42,625 bases of DNA. Origin: Deltaproteobacteria bacterium (lineage in GTDB: Bacteria; Bdellovibrionota; Bacteriovoracia; Bacteriovoracales; Bacteriovoracaceae). Positions within the stretch are counted from its first letter, which is position 1. Each line of letters starts with the position of its first letter. The notes below the pieces were generated by a model. It was not told the origin of the DNA. It searched no databases and worked only from the letters and a program-made list of their open reading frames with translations. Of the stretch, positions 8,514 to 17,639 are shown piece after piece. Location: NCBI GenBank assembly GCA_004356615.1, contig SMWT01000159.1:1-42625 (forward strand), in the 5' to 3' direction. Both the position numbers and the translations under genes were made by a program.

Positions 8514-9725
8514 TTGAACCTTTCGCTTAGAAATAGAGTTGCAGCTAGCTTTATTGTGGCCACATTAGTGGTCCTTATTCTATCGTTTACGGTTTTTCAC
8601 TTTTTAAACACCCTCAATAAAGAAATCGAAGAGATAACATTTAAATCCAATCAATTAACGCTTCTAACTGATGAAATCAGAATTTCTGCGGTAATGGTTT
8701 TAAAATATCAAAGAAGAATTTTGGCACAAAATCGCACCCCGGATGTGGTTGAGAAACTACTTAGTTTGTGTGACTCCTTTACCTGGCAGCTGCAAAAACT
8801 GGAATCCTACTATCGTGATTCAGATATCAAGGGGGTGATCGTCAAGATGCTCTCCTATGTGGACTCCCTTAAAACGGTCCTGTCCAATGCTTCACTCTTT
8901 CACCGAGATACGGCCGGAATAAGTACTGTTGGAGAACTCTCGGATAAAATCTTGGATACCTATCTGGAGTTTCAAGATTTTCAATTGCTACAGTCAAGTG
9001 AGCGGGATAACAAAATCAAATCGATTATTAGAGAGTCCAAAAGGAATATGATGATTACGCTCATCATCGCCTTTTTAGGTTCCATCATCCTGGGACTAGT
9101 GATTCCCGGTAAGATTGCGCTGCCTTTTAAAAAGATTAAAGATGCCATCCGCGAGTTGCAAGAGAATAACTTTGACGTCTCCATCTATTACACCCAAAAG
9201 GATGAAATTGGTGAGATCGCGCAAGAGATGAACAAGATGATTGCCTCCTTCAAGAAATTCGATGAGCTGAGAACTGAGCGCATTGAAGTTGAAAATAGAA
9301 AGTTTGATGTTTTGGCCAACATTGTTAAAAAACCCATTCTGGTGGCCGATGCTGAAGGTAAAGTTGTCTATATGAACAACCGGCTCTATGCCTTAATGGA
9401 GGTCTCGAGTGAGGATGTTATTGGCAAAGAGCTTAAAGAAACTCCCTGCCCGAAATCAATCGTCTCCTCCTTTGAGCTGGCGCTTAAGCGAAAATCTAAA
9501 ATTGAAAACATAGAAGTGGTTATTCCCAAAAAAGATAAACGTGATAAAGAGGAAAATGGATCTAAAATCGAAATCGAAGAAGATGGGGAAGTTGTAGAGA
9601 AAAAACCTAAAGTAAAAGAGGAAGATCTCCTATTTAAGGGATTTGCCACTATTATCCCTATTCGGGGAAAAAAGAAATCCATGGATTATTATCTGATGGT
9701 GCTCTCTAAAGAGATGATGACTTAG
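8514..9725 (+). CDS. Membrane HAMP-PAS signalling protein without a recognisable output domain
   Basis: The TTG start directly abuts the upstream TAG, with GGGAGAG 6 nt upstream. It has two TM segments and a HAMP domain (LPFKKIKDAIRELQENNFDV...KDEIGEIAQEMNKMIASF). A PAS-like segment follows (ILVADAEGKVVYMNNRLYALMEVSSEDVIGKEL), then a K/E/D-rich insert. No kinase, GGDEF or MCP motifs were seen. Confidence 0.7.
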   Translation: MNLSLRNRVAASFIVATLVVLILSFTVFHFLNTLNKEIEEITFKSNQLTLLTDEIRISAVMVLKYQRRILAQNRTPDVVEKLLSLCDSFTWQLQKLESYYRDSDIKGVIVKMLSYVDSLKTVLSNASLFHRDTAGISTVGELSDKILDTYLEFQDFQLLQSSERDNKIKSIIRESKRNMMITLIIAFLGSIILGLVIPGKIALPFKKIKDAIRELQENNFDVSIYYTQKDEIGEIAQEMNKMIASFKKFDELRTERIEVENRKFDVLANIVKKPILVADAEGKVVYMNNRLYALMEVSSEDVIGKELKETPCPKSIVSSFELALKRKSKIENIEVVIPKKDKRDKEENGSKIEIEEDGEVVEKKPKVKEEDLLFKGFATIIPIRGKKKSMDYYLMVLSKEMMT

Positions 9726-9797
9726 TGCTTCATTCTGTCCAAGTTCATTCATAAATGATATTTTAAAAGCAACTTATATTTGGTAGAAAATCAACCT

Positions 9798-11597
9798 ATG
9801 CATAATAAATATATTAGAAACTTCTCCATCATTGCTCATATCGACCACGGTAAATCTACCCTGGCAGATAGACTCTTAGAGTTTACCGGTACCGTCTCCG
9901 CTAGAGAGTCTAGAGATCGTCTTTTAGATAATATGGATATTGAGAGGGAGCGGGGAATCACCATAAAGGCGCAAACGGTTCGTCTTATTTATAAGGCAAA
10001 AGACGGCCAAGACTATGAGTTCAATTTAATCGACACCCCGGGACATGTGGATTTTAGCTACGAGGTGAGTAGATCCCTCGCTAGTTGTGATGGAGCACTT
10101 TTAGTGGTTGATGCCAGCCAAGGGGTTGAAGCGCAGACACTATCAAATGTTTATATGGCGCTGGAAAATGATTTAGAGATTATACCAGTGCTCAACAAGA
10201 TCGATCTGCCACATGCAGATGCCCCAAGAGTTAAAAACGAAATTGAAGAAATCATTGGCATCGAAGCGCAGGATGCTTGTGAGGTTTCTGCCAAATCAGG
10301 CCTAGGCATAGAAGATTTGTTGGAAACCATTGTTTTAAAAATTCCCCCACCAACTGGTGAGCGAGGTAACAAGCTGCAGGCGCTTATTTTTGATTCATGG
10401 TTTGATACCTATCAAGGGGTGGTGGTTTTAGTTCGAATTTTTGAAGGAACAATTAAACTTAAAGAAAAGATTCATTTTAAATATTCAGGTGAAAGCTATG
10501 AAGTTTTAAAACTGGGGGTGAACGCCCCCTTTTTTACGGAAGTAAAAGAGCTCGGTGCGGGTCAAGTTGGCATGATCATCTGTGGGGTTAAGACCATTCG
10601 CGATGTTAAAGTTGGCGATACCATTATTAGTGCTAAATATACTGATACTCCTACGCTGGAGGGGTTTAAGGAAAGTAAGCCCATGGTTTTTTGTGGCATC
10701 TTTCCGGTGGATAGTGTGGACCATTCTATTTTAAAAGAATCGCTGGAAAAACTAGCGCTCAATGATGCCTCTTTTACCTACGAGCCGGAAAACTCCAACG
10801 CTCTTGGACTGGGATTTAGATGTGGTTTTCTTGGGCTCCTGCATATGAATATTATTCAGGAGCGGCTTGAGCGGGAATTTGATTTAAATCTTATCAGCAC
10901 CGCCCCCTCTTGTAATTATATGGTGAAGACCACCAGAGGCGAAGAGATGATGGTGGATAATCCCGCGGATCTTCCCGATCAGACCTTAATAGAATCCATT
11001 AGTGAGCCTATTGTGCAAATTAATATCCATGTCCCCAACGAGTTCGTGGGCAATGTTATAAAACTTTGCAGTGAACGAAGGGGAGTGCAAAAGGATATGA
11101 AATATATCACCACTGAGCGGGTCCAGCTAATTTATGATCTACCGCTAGTGGAAATGGTTTTTGATTTTTATGATAAATTAAAGGGCATGACAAAAGGTTA
11201 TGCCAGTATGGATTATGAAGTGGTGGGTTATGAGGAATCTGATTTGGTAAAACTTGATATTTTATTAAATAACGATCCGGTAGATGCGCTCTCGCTAATT
11301 TGTCATAGATCAAGCGCTCAAGTTAAGGGACGGGAACTGGTTGGAAGGCTGAGAAAGCTGATCAATCGGCAACAATTTGATATTGCCATTCAAGCGGCGG
11401 TTGGGGCCAAGATCCTGGCCCGTGAAACAGTTAAAGCACTTCGCAAAAATGTTTTGGCCAAGTGTTACGGTGGCGATATTAGCCGTAAAAGAAAACTGCT
11501 GGAAAAACAAAAGAGGGGTAAAAAGCGAATGAAGATGGTTGGATCTGTGGAAGTTCCCCAATCTGCCTTCCTCGCAGTCTTAAAAACGGATAATTAA
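9798..11597 (+). CDS. lepA: Translation elongation factor 4 (LepA)
   Basis: Contains [28 protein letters not shown] and NKIDL GTPase motifs, plus the LepA C-terminal segment [25 protein letters not shown]. The ORF track begins at TTG 9780; ATG 9798 fits the usual N-terminus. Confidence 0.97.
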   Translation: MHNKYIRNFSIIAHIDHGKSTLADRLLEFTGTVSARESRDRLLDNMDIERERGITIKAQTVRLIYKAKDGQDYEFNLIDTPGHVDFSYEVSRSLASCDGALLVVDASQGVEAQTLSNVYMALENDLEIIPVLNKIDLPHADAPRVKNEIEEIIGIEAQDACEVSAKSGLGIEDLLETIVLKIPPPTGERGNKLQALIFDSWFDTYQGVVVLVRIFEGTIKLKEKIHFKYSGESYEVLKLGVNAPFFTEVKELGAGQVGMIICGVKTIRDVKVGDTIISAKYTDTPTLEGFKESKPMVFCGIFPVDSVDHSILKESLEKLALNDASFTYEPENSNALGLGFRCGFLGLLHMNIIQERLEREFDLNLISTAPSCNYMVKTTRGEEMMVDNPADLPDQTLIESISEPIVQINIHVPNEFVGNVIKLCSERRGVQKDMKYITTERVQLIYDLPLVEMVFDFYDKLKGMTKGYASMDYEVVGYEESDLVKLDILLNNDPVDALSLICHRSSAQVKGRELVGRLRKLINRQQFDIAIQAAVGAKILARETVKALRKNVLAKCYGGDISRKRKLLEKQKRGKKRMKMVGSVEVPQSAFLAVLKTDN

Positions 11598-12193
11598 TGG
11601 AAACTAAAATTAGGGAAAATTTTGATAAGGCCATTTTAAATTACTCTAAGGATAAATTTAAAGGAGTTTATTTAAAGGCCAAGGATGAGTTTTTTGACCT
11701 CACTGGTTCGATTCATGCAGACCATGAAAACTTTGAACAGCGGATGAACTCTTTTTATGAGTGGTACTTTTTCAACTACAGTGAATCTAAAATTTTAAAA
11801 GACTACACTGCAAAGGATTCTTTTTTTAAAGATTTTAAATACTCCATCTTTGAATTTTCGGGAAAAAACTTAAGAGGCCGGTGTGTCTTTAAGGATTTTA
11901 TCGGCAAAGATAAAGTGCTGCTACCAAAAGGCGTTATGCCCCCGGGATTAACCAAAGATGATATAATCGTTGGCAGATTTATTGCCCTGGAGGAAGGACA
12001 CTACCTCTTACCAGGATTTTTTATCCTGCCAGGTAAAGTGAAATCCATTTTAAAACGTGAGGCCAGACGTATCGCTAAAATTAATGATGTGGATAAAAAA
12101 GAAGAATTTTTACTTAAAATCGAAACGCTCTATAATCGGTGGCGAAGCTACAACCACCTAGATCCGGCAAAAATATTTGTCTATGGGCCCTAG
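11597..12193 (+). CDS. Hypothetical protein, start overlaps the lepA stop codon
   Basis: 198-aa ORF whose ATG overlaps the lepA stop (TAATG). I recognised no domain. Confidence 0.5.
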   Translation: METKIRENFDKAILNYSKDKFKGVYLKAKDEFFDLTGSIHADHENFEQRMNSFYEWYFFNYSESKILKDYTAKDSFFKDFKYSIFEFSGKNLRGRCVFKDFIGKDKVLLPKGVMPPGLTKDDIIVGRFIALEEGHYLLPGFFILPGKVKSILKREARRIAKINDVDKKEEFLLKIETLYNRWRSYNHLDPAKIFVYGP

Positions 12194-13968
12194 TCCCAGA
12201 TTCTTTTATAAGACTTAATCATCTGATACATGTTGCTGTCCAGGGGACTGTTATTATATTTCTCGGCATAAAAGAGTACGTTATTTCCCTGATTATCTTT
12301 TATCTCCAGAGCAGGCCCAACGCTTATGAGTTCTTTGACAATTTTAAGCAGTCGGTTGTTGGCCTTGCCCCGCGATTTTAGCGCCACCATGAGCGGAGTT
12401 CGTCCCTTGGCATCTTGGGCCTCAATGGAAAACTCGGCGCCATTTGCTAAGAGTAGCTTGACCATCCTATCATCACGTCTGCCGGCAGCGATTGAGAGCG
12501 CATTTCTCTTATCTTTGGTTACAACATTGATCCTGGCACCAGCGTCGATCATTTTTTTTGCCGCTCCAAAGTTACCTTGTTCCACTATTTTTAAGAACTT
12601 CAAATCAGCTTTAATGGGATTAGGCCATTTGCCCTTGTAATAGACTAACTTAAATGGATTAGGGCCTTTCTTAAAGGTCATCTTTTTCCATTTTCTCAAA
12701 AGAGTGATATTTGGCCAAACGTAATTTTTTTTGGGGGGAGCTCTTTTGGCCCACTTTTTATAGCGGGCGATAGCAGGCCACTTGGGTTTTTCACCATCAA
12801 TATAGGGGCGGTTGTTAATGCCTGGGCCACTTTGCCTGGTGGATGCGGTATAGATTTTTTTAAGGGGGGCAAAAGGGCCTTTCCATTTTCGGGAATCTCG
12901 CAGCCAGGCATAATCTGGCCGCTCGTAAGAGCTCCAGGTGCCGCCGATAATATTATCGTCTTTATCCAGCTCAAGCAGATATTCATAATCTTTTATCCCA
13001 AAGCCTTTATGGGGTATTTTTGAAAACCAGCTTTGGTGCATTTCTTTGACGTAGTGAACTTTCACATGCACATAGACCACTTTTTCCGTTCCCTTGGCGG
13101 CACGGTCATGAGTTCTTTCTGGCAGCTGTTTCATCCTTTCAATGGAGTAACTATAGACTGGTTGATTCCAAACTTGACTTCCCCGGTCCACATCAATCAT
13201 AAAACCATGATTTAAAAGTCCAATTTGATTGGTTAAAACTACGTGAAAGGCACCCGCATTCACATCACCACATTCACCTCGTTCGCTGACTCCATAAAAC
13301 TCATCTTCGCTTAGCTTGCCAGCTTTAACTTGCGCCCATAGGGCGTCTAAGTCGTCAAAACATCTCTCGCCGATGGTTTTTTCGGGACTCACTTTATCCA
13401 TATCCAGCATAGAGGCGAGCAGTCCTTTTATATCTGAGGCGCCAAAGGGAATTCGATGACCTAGTTTGCCGGTTATCATTACTGGTTTGGGGTTATCAAA
13501 GGTGATGGTGGACTCACTCCAGGCATTACAAATTCCTGCCCAGTCATCAATCTTATATTTTGGATCGTATTGGGGAGAGCTTTTTATCTGGGTGTTGATT
13601 TTCGAGTAGTTCCTTTCACTTTTAACTGTGTCCCAATTTAGATTTCCCAGGTAGAGGTCGTATTTTTCGGCCGGAGATAGGGTGTTTAGATCCACTCCGG
13701 TCATATTTTTCATATCATGGAGGGGGTAGTCCCAATATTTGCTACTATCTTTTACCCCTTTCAGGTTCCAACGATAGGTAATTCCCCCGTCCATATGCGG
13801 CCAATAGTTTCCCGTCCAGGGATAGGTTTTAAGCTCTCCGGATTTGGGAAGCTTACTTAGCCGGTATTCATAGTTTTTATCAATTTGCCAGTGGGGATTA
13901 TTGCGGTAGTTCCAAGACTTGGCGCCTGCTTCAATGGAAAATAATGATAAGAGAATTATCCACTTCAA
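12190..13968 (-). CDS. Secreted GP42-type transglutaminase-elicitor-like domain protein with C-terminal ankyrin repeats
   Basis: The TTG start has AAGGAG 6 nt upstream. The signal peptide is (M)KWIILLSLFSIEAGA. A Cys-containing WAGICNAW motif has its Cys codon at 13528-13530. An exact VWNQPV match to the Pep-13 core sits at 13156-13173. The C-terminal ankyrin repeats (NALSIAAGRRDDRMVKLLLANGAEF, GRTPLMVAL...) span about 12214-12576. Confidence 0.7.
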   Translation of the reverse strand: MKWIILLSLFSIEAGAKSWNYRNNPHWQIDKNYEYRLSKLPKSGELKTYPWTGNYWPHMDGGITYRWNLKGVKDSSKYWDYPLHDMKNMTGVDLNTLSPAEKYDLYLGNLNWDTVKSERNYSKINTQIKSSPQYDPKYKIDDWAGICNAWSESTITFDNPKPVMITGKLGHRIPFGASDIKGLLASMLDMDKVSPEKTIGERCFDDLDALWAQVKAGKLSEDEFYGVSERGECGDVNAGAFHVVLTNQIGLLNHGFMIDVDRGSQVWNQPVYSYSIERMKQLPERTHDRAAKGTEKVVYVHVKVHYVKEMHQSWFSKIPHKGFGIKDYEYLLELDKDDNIIGGTWSSYERPDYAWLRDSRKWKGPFAPLKKIYTASTRQSGPGINNRPYIDGEKPKWPAIARYKKWAKRAPPKKNYVWPNITLLRKWKKMTFKKGPNPFKLVYYKGKWPNPIKADLKFLKIVEQGNFGAAKKMIDAGARINVVTKDKRNALSIAAGRRDDRMVKLLLANGAEFSIEAQDAKGRTPLMVALKSRGKANNRLLKIVKELISVGPALEIKDNQGNNVLFYAEKYNNSPLDSNMYQMIKSYKRIWD

Positions 13969-14009
13969 ACCTAACTCCTTGGTGTGTTTTATTTATTTAA
14001 ACACAAGCG

Positions 14010-14981
14010 TTAGGCCTGTTCAAGCGTGAGCTTTTCCTTCTTGGTGGAAAACAGGTAGGGGAAAACTCCCATAAGGTTAACAGAAACGATTGCCAGAAAA
14101 TAAAGATTAAACATGGAGGCGCCCCCAGAGATACCGTAGTAACCAAATAGGGTGCCAAAAATTGCGTGTCCCACGCCCATGCCAGCGGGGGAGATGGGAA
14201 TTGCGGTGGCAATAAGTCCAAGCGGGACAAAAGTGAAGGCCTTGCCCAGAGAGAGAGGAGCATCGAAAAATGGTTTACTTATTAAATAAATAGCGCAGAC
14301 ATTATTGGCCTGAAAAACCATGGACATAAAAAGACATTTTAAAATTACGATCTTATTTTCACCCATGGCCCAAATTTGTGCCAGGGTCTTTTCTATTTGG
14401 TGTCCGATCAAGGGTATCTTATCGGCGAGTCGGAGAAATCTGTTTTTTTGATTTTTAGGCATAAACAGGGTGATGAAAAATCCCATGGAGCCCAAAAGAA
14501 GCAAGAGGTTCATATGAACAAGTCTTTTCATCAGCGGGGAGATGGTAATGAGATCACTGTAGTTAATTATGGTGAAAATCCCCAGCAGAAATAAAAGGCC
14601 TATTAAACCAATAATCCGGTCCACCAAGGTCGACATTAAAAGATAGGTTTTAGTGAGGCGATCATCTAGTTTTTTGGCCATGACCGCTTTAACTAAATCT
14701 CCGGTAACGGCGCCGGGAAGGATGGAGCTAAAAAGTAGTCCGATCCAATTTAGCTTTAGTACTTCAAAAAAGGGAAGAGGTTTGGATTTTATCTCTAAAA
14801 GTAGTTTCCACCGATAAGCGGTACCTGCGGCGGAAAAGACGATCATCAAAATGGTTAGAAGAACCAGTCCCGAGTGCTGGGTGAGGGCATATCCGGCGGT
14901 GGCAAACTCCAGGTCTCCTTTCTTGATGAGCCAATAAAGAAGTCCTCCGGCAAAGATAAATTTAAGTGCAAGCTTGATCAC
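14010..14981 (-). CDS. Flippase-like / lysylphosphatidylglycerol-synthase TM-domain family membrane protein (UPF0104)
   Basis: 323-aa polytopic protein with a GTG start. It contains RWKLLL and ILPGAVTGDLVKA motifs recalled from TIGR00374-type proteins. Confidence 0.6.
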   Translation of the reverse strand: MIKLALKFIFAGGLLYWLIKKGDLEFATAGYALTQHSGLVLLTILMIVFSAAGTAYRWKLLLEIKSKPLPFFEVLKLNWIGLLFSSILPGAVTGDLVKAVMAKKLDDRLTKTYLLMSTLVDRIIGLIGLLFLLGIFTIINYSDLITISPLMKRLVHMNLLLLLGSMGFFITLFMPKNQKNRFLRLADKIPLIGHQIEKTLAQIWAMGENKIVILKCLFMSMVFQANNVCAIYLISKPFFDAPLSLGKAFTFVPLGLIATAIPISPAGMGVGHAIFGTLFGYYGISGGASMFNLYFLAIVSVNLMGVFPYLFSTKKEKLTLEQA

Positions 14982-15020
14982 AAAAGCTTTCCGTTTTAGA
15001 GTGTGATTCTAGGAGTTATC

Positions 15021-15797
15021 ATGAAAATAGGCGTCATTCAAATGTGTTCTGTACTGGATTATAAGCTTAATTTAGCAACATTAGCACCATTTTTGCGCGA
15101 AGCGAAAGAGGCAAAGGTAGAAGCGGTTTTTCTCCCGGAAACCTTCTACTCCCTAAGTGATGGAAAAACCGCCACTCCCTATTTAGTAGAAGGGGAAAAT
15201 GAGCACTTTAAAAATATAAGTAATCTGGCCAAGGATCACGCTCTCTATATCCTCGGCGGCTCCGCTGCCACAAAACTTGGGGATAGCATTGTTAATCGAA
15301 ATTACAATTTTGATCCAGAGGGGAAGCTGATCGACTTTTACGATAAAAGACATCTCTTTAGCTGCGACCTAGGAACTAAAGTCGTTGATGAGAGAGATCT
15401 CTTCAGCGCCGGTAGTGAAGAAAAATTAATTGAGGTAGGCGCTTTTAAAATCGGCCTTTCCATTTGCTTTGATCTGAGATTTCCCGAGCTCTATTCATCT
15501 TACAAAAGAGCGGGAGCTAATATGCTCTCCATCTCTAGCGCCTTTACCATTCCCACGGGGATAGCGCACTGGCACACTTTGCTGCGAGCAAGAGCGATTG
15601 AAAATCAATGTTTTGTGGTGGCCGCGGCCCAATGGGGAAAAAATAATGAGCGAGTGGAAACCTATGGCCACTCTTTAATAATTGATCCCTGGGGGGAAGT
15701 GTTAGCGGATGCCCACGAGGGGGAAAAATTAATCGTCGCTGAGATAGATTTAGCGCGCGTGGAAAAAGCGCGCAGGGCGATTCATCTCTACATATAG
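15021..15797 (+). CDS. Carbon-nitrogen hydrolase (nitrilase superfamily, Nit/omega-amidase-like)
   Basis: AGGAG lies 5 nt upstream of ATG 15021. Contains FLPE (catalytic Glu), YDKRHLF (Lys) and GLSICFDLRFPE (Cys). The ORF track extends to GTG 15003. Confidence 0.85.
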   Translation: MKIGVIQMCSVLDYKLNLATLAPFLREAKEAKVEAVFLPETFYSLSDGKTATPYLVEGENEHFKNISNLAKDHALYILGGSAATKLGDSIVNRNYNFDPEGKLIDFYDKRHLFSCDLGTKVVDERDLFSAGSEEKLIEVGAFKIGLSICFDLRFPELYSSYKRAGANMLSISSAFTIPTGIAHWHTLLRARAIENQCFVVAAAQWGKNNERVETYGHSLIIDPWGEVLADAHEGEKLIVAEIDLARVEKARRAIHLYI

Positions 15798-16042
15798 GGA
15801 TTGGAACCAGTAGCGTGATCGGTGATGTCGACTACTTCTGTGATCTCTGGAAAATGTTTGTGTACCAGGGTTTCTATTCCCTGTTTTACCGTTTCGATGG
15901 AAGCGCTACAGCCGTGGCATCCGCCCGTCATCTTAATAAAAAGCTGATTGTTGTCCACATCGATAATCTCCACGTTTCCGCCGTGGGATTTAAGGGCAGG
16001 TCTCACCTGTTCGTCTAAGAGTTTTTCAAGTTTTCTAATCAT
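15788..16042 (-). CDS. NifU-like Fe-S cluster assembly domain protein
   Basis: 84 aa with VRPALKSHGGNVEIIDV and GGCHGCSAS motifs, as in Nfu-type C-terminal domains. Confidence 0.85.
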   Translation of the reverse strand: MIRKLEKLLDEQVRPALKSHGGNVEIIDVDNNQLFIKMTGGCHGCSASIETVKQGIETLVHKHFPEITEVVDITDHATGSNPYM

Positions 16043-16917
16043 TTTATAGGCCTAAAGTTTTTATATTCACCAATTCGATAACCGGTTAATGATTCCACAA
16101 AATCAGAAAACATTAAACCGAAATCTTTAAAGGAGAAGGTATATTTTAGGGATAATAGATCCACATCGTTTCTATTTTCCACAATCCATTTTTTCATCAC
16201 CTTGGGATGGGTGTTTTTAAAGGGTTTAAGGCCCCACATATTTTGATAGGTGTGACCAATCTCTTCGTGATCCTGCCCATGATAAAGCTTGGAGAAGCTT
16301 TTTACTTTTTGATCCATCACCTGTTCTTTTCTGGCCCAGCCATAGTGAAAGATTCGTGCTTCAATTTGTTTGCAATGTAGCTTTTTTCCATCAAGGGTTC
16401 TAAATCCTTGAGCGTCCTTCCAAGATTTAACATTTTTATTTCTAACCAGTCTGACTTCCCTGCGGTAGGTATTTCTGGTGTATTTGATGATATCTACGTT
16501 GCCGTAAAAATGCAGGTATCTGAAAATCAGGCCATCAATATGGGGATTTTTTTTCATCTCCTGGATGCCATCATAGATAATATCGAGATCTTTTTCATGA
16601 ACCGCTTCATCGCCTTGAATGTATTGGATAAATTTTCCCCGCGCTTTTTTAAGACTTAAGTTTGTTTGCTCGCTAAGGATTTCCCCATCATCAGTTTTGC
16701 TTGGATCCCACCAGGATTTAAAGAAGATGTATTTGTCACCTGGGAAAGCATTTTTTAAATAGACGTAAGTGCCATCATCCTGCTCGCATTTGGGATCGTC
16801 AAAGCCCACGTTGATGATGACCTCATCGCAAAGTGGAGAGATACTCTCAATCGCCTCCTTAATGGGATATTCAAGAGTGAGAGCATTTTTTATAAAGGTG
16901 ATTCCTGATACTTCCAT
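16039..16917 (-). CDS. Glycosyltransferase-like protein (GT-A fold, family 2-like), tentative
   Basis: 292-aa ORF lying 3 nt downstream of rsmE and overlapping nifU-like by 4 nt. An N-terminal GT-A-like beta strand and a QGDE (DxD-like) motif are the only support, and they are weak. Confidence 0.4.
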   Translation of the reverse strand: MEVSGITFIKNALTLEYPIKEAIESISPLCDEVIINVGFDDPKCEQDDGTYVYLKNAFPGDKYIFFKSWWDPSKTDDGEILSEQTNLSLKKARGKFIQYIQGDEAVHEKDLDIIYDGIQEMKKNPHIDGLIFRYLHFYGNVDIIKYTRNTYRREVRLVRNKNVKSWKDAQGFRTLDGKKLHCKQIEARIFHYGWARKEQVMDQKVKSFSKLYHGQDHEEIGHTYQNMWGLKPFKNTHPKVMKKWIVENRNDVDLLSLKYTFSFKDFGLMFSDFVESLTGYRIGEYKNFRPIK

Positions 16918-16920
16918 AAA

Positions 16921-17634
16921 TTATTTGGTCCTTAAAAGCTCTAATTGGCCCAGACTGGAAAAGGTGGCAGTCTCTACTCTTAAAATGGCAGAGGAGATGC
17001 CAATTGCTATAAATCCCATCTGCTTAAACGTTTCAACTTCTGTCGTTGTCCAACCTCTCTCTGGGCCTATGGCCAGAGTTATCCTTTTGGAGAAGTCTAG
17101 CTGCACATCTAAAAAGGTCCGCGTGGATCCCGGCGAGAGAATAAACTTTTGCTCGCGATTTTTCCAATCATTTAAGATCTTTTGATGCAGCTCTACTTTT
17201 GGCAATTGATGGTAGATGGCCGCTTGGGAGATCCCACAGCAGAGATATTTTTCCAGCTTTTCCTGCTCAAAAATTTTGGAATCGAGATAGGATTTCTCAC
17301 TTAAGTCGGCCTTGAAAAAATCAAAGCTTCCCACTCCAAGCGTAGTGGCATGCTCGAGAATTTTTTTAATAGTCGGGGGACGGGAGAGACCGATGATTAA
17401 ATCATATGGGGCCTGATTTTTGGCCTCGATGCTTTCCACGAGCAGGGTGAGAGAGTCACCAGAGAGATCTTTGATATAGGCCTTACCGATTCCCTGGCCT
17501 ACTAGGGCCACTTTCAACATATCCCCAACCCCCAGTTTTAAAATAGTTTTAAGGTGCTCTAGTCTGGAGGGGTCTTTGACCTCATAAATATTGGGGCATA
17601 ATTTTTCATTTTCGAAAATGAGAAAGCGGTTCAT
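16921..17634 (-). CDS. rsmE: 16S rRNA (uracil1498-N3)-methyltransferase RsmE
   Basis: 237 aa with HLKTILKLGVGDML (PUA-like N-terminus) and LAIGPERGWTTTEV...ILRVETA C-terminal SPOUT motifs. Confidence 0.85.
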   Translation of the reverse strand: MNRFLIFENEKLCPNIYEVKDPSRLEHLKTILKLGVGDMLKVALVGQGIGKAYIKDLSGDSLTLLVESIEAKNQAPYDLIIGLSRPPTIKKILEHATTLGVGSFDFFKADLSEKSYLDSKIFEQEKLEKYLCCGISQAAIYHQLPKVELHQKILNDWKNREQKFILSPGSTRTFLDVQLDFSKRITLAIGPERGWTTTEVETFKQMGFIAIGISSAILRVETATFSSLGQLELLRTK

Positions 17635-17639
17635 CTAAA

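Noticed and set aside
13983-14005. Hairpin TGTGTTT-N9-AAACACA between the flippase-like gene and the TGase-ankyrin gene
   Set aside because: The stem is 7 bp and AT-rich, with a 9-nt loop. No U-tract follows it on the transcribed (minus) strand. That is too weak to call an intrinsic terminator.
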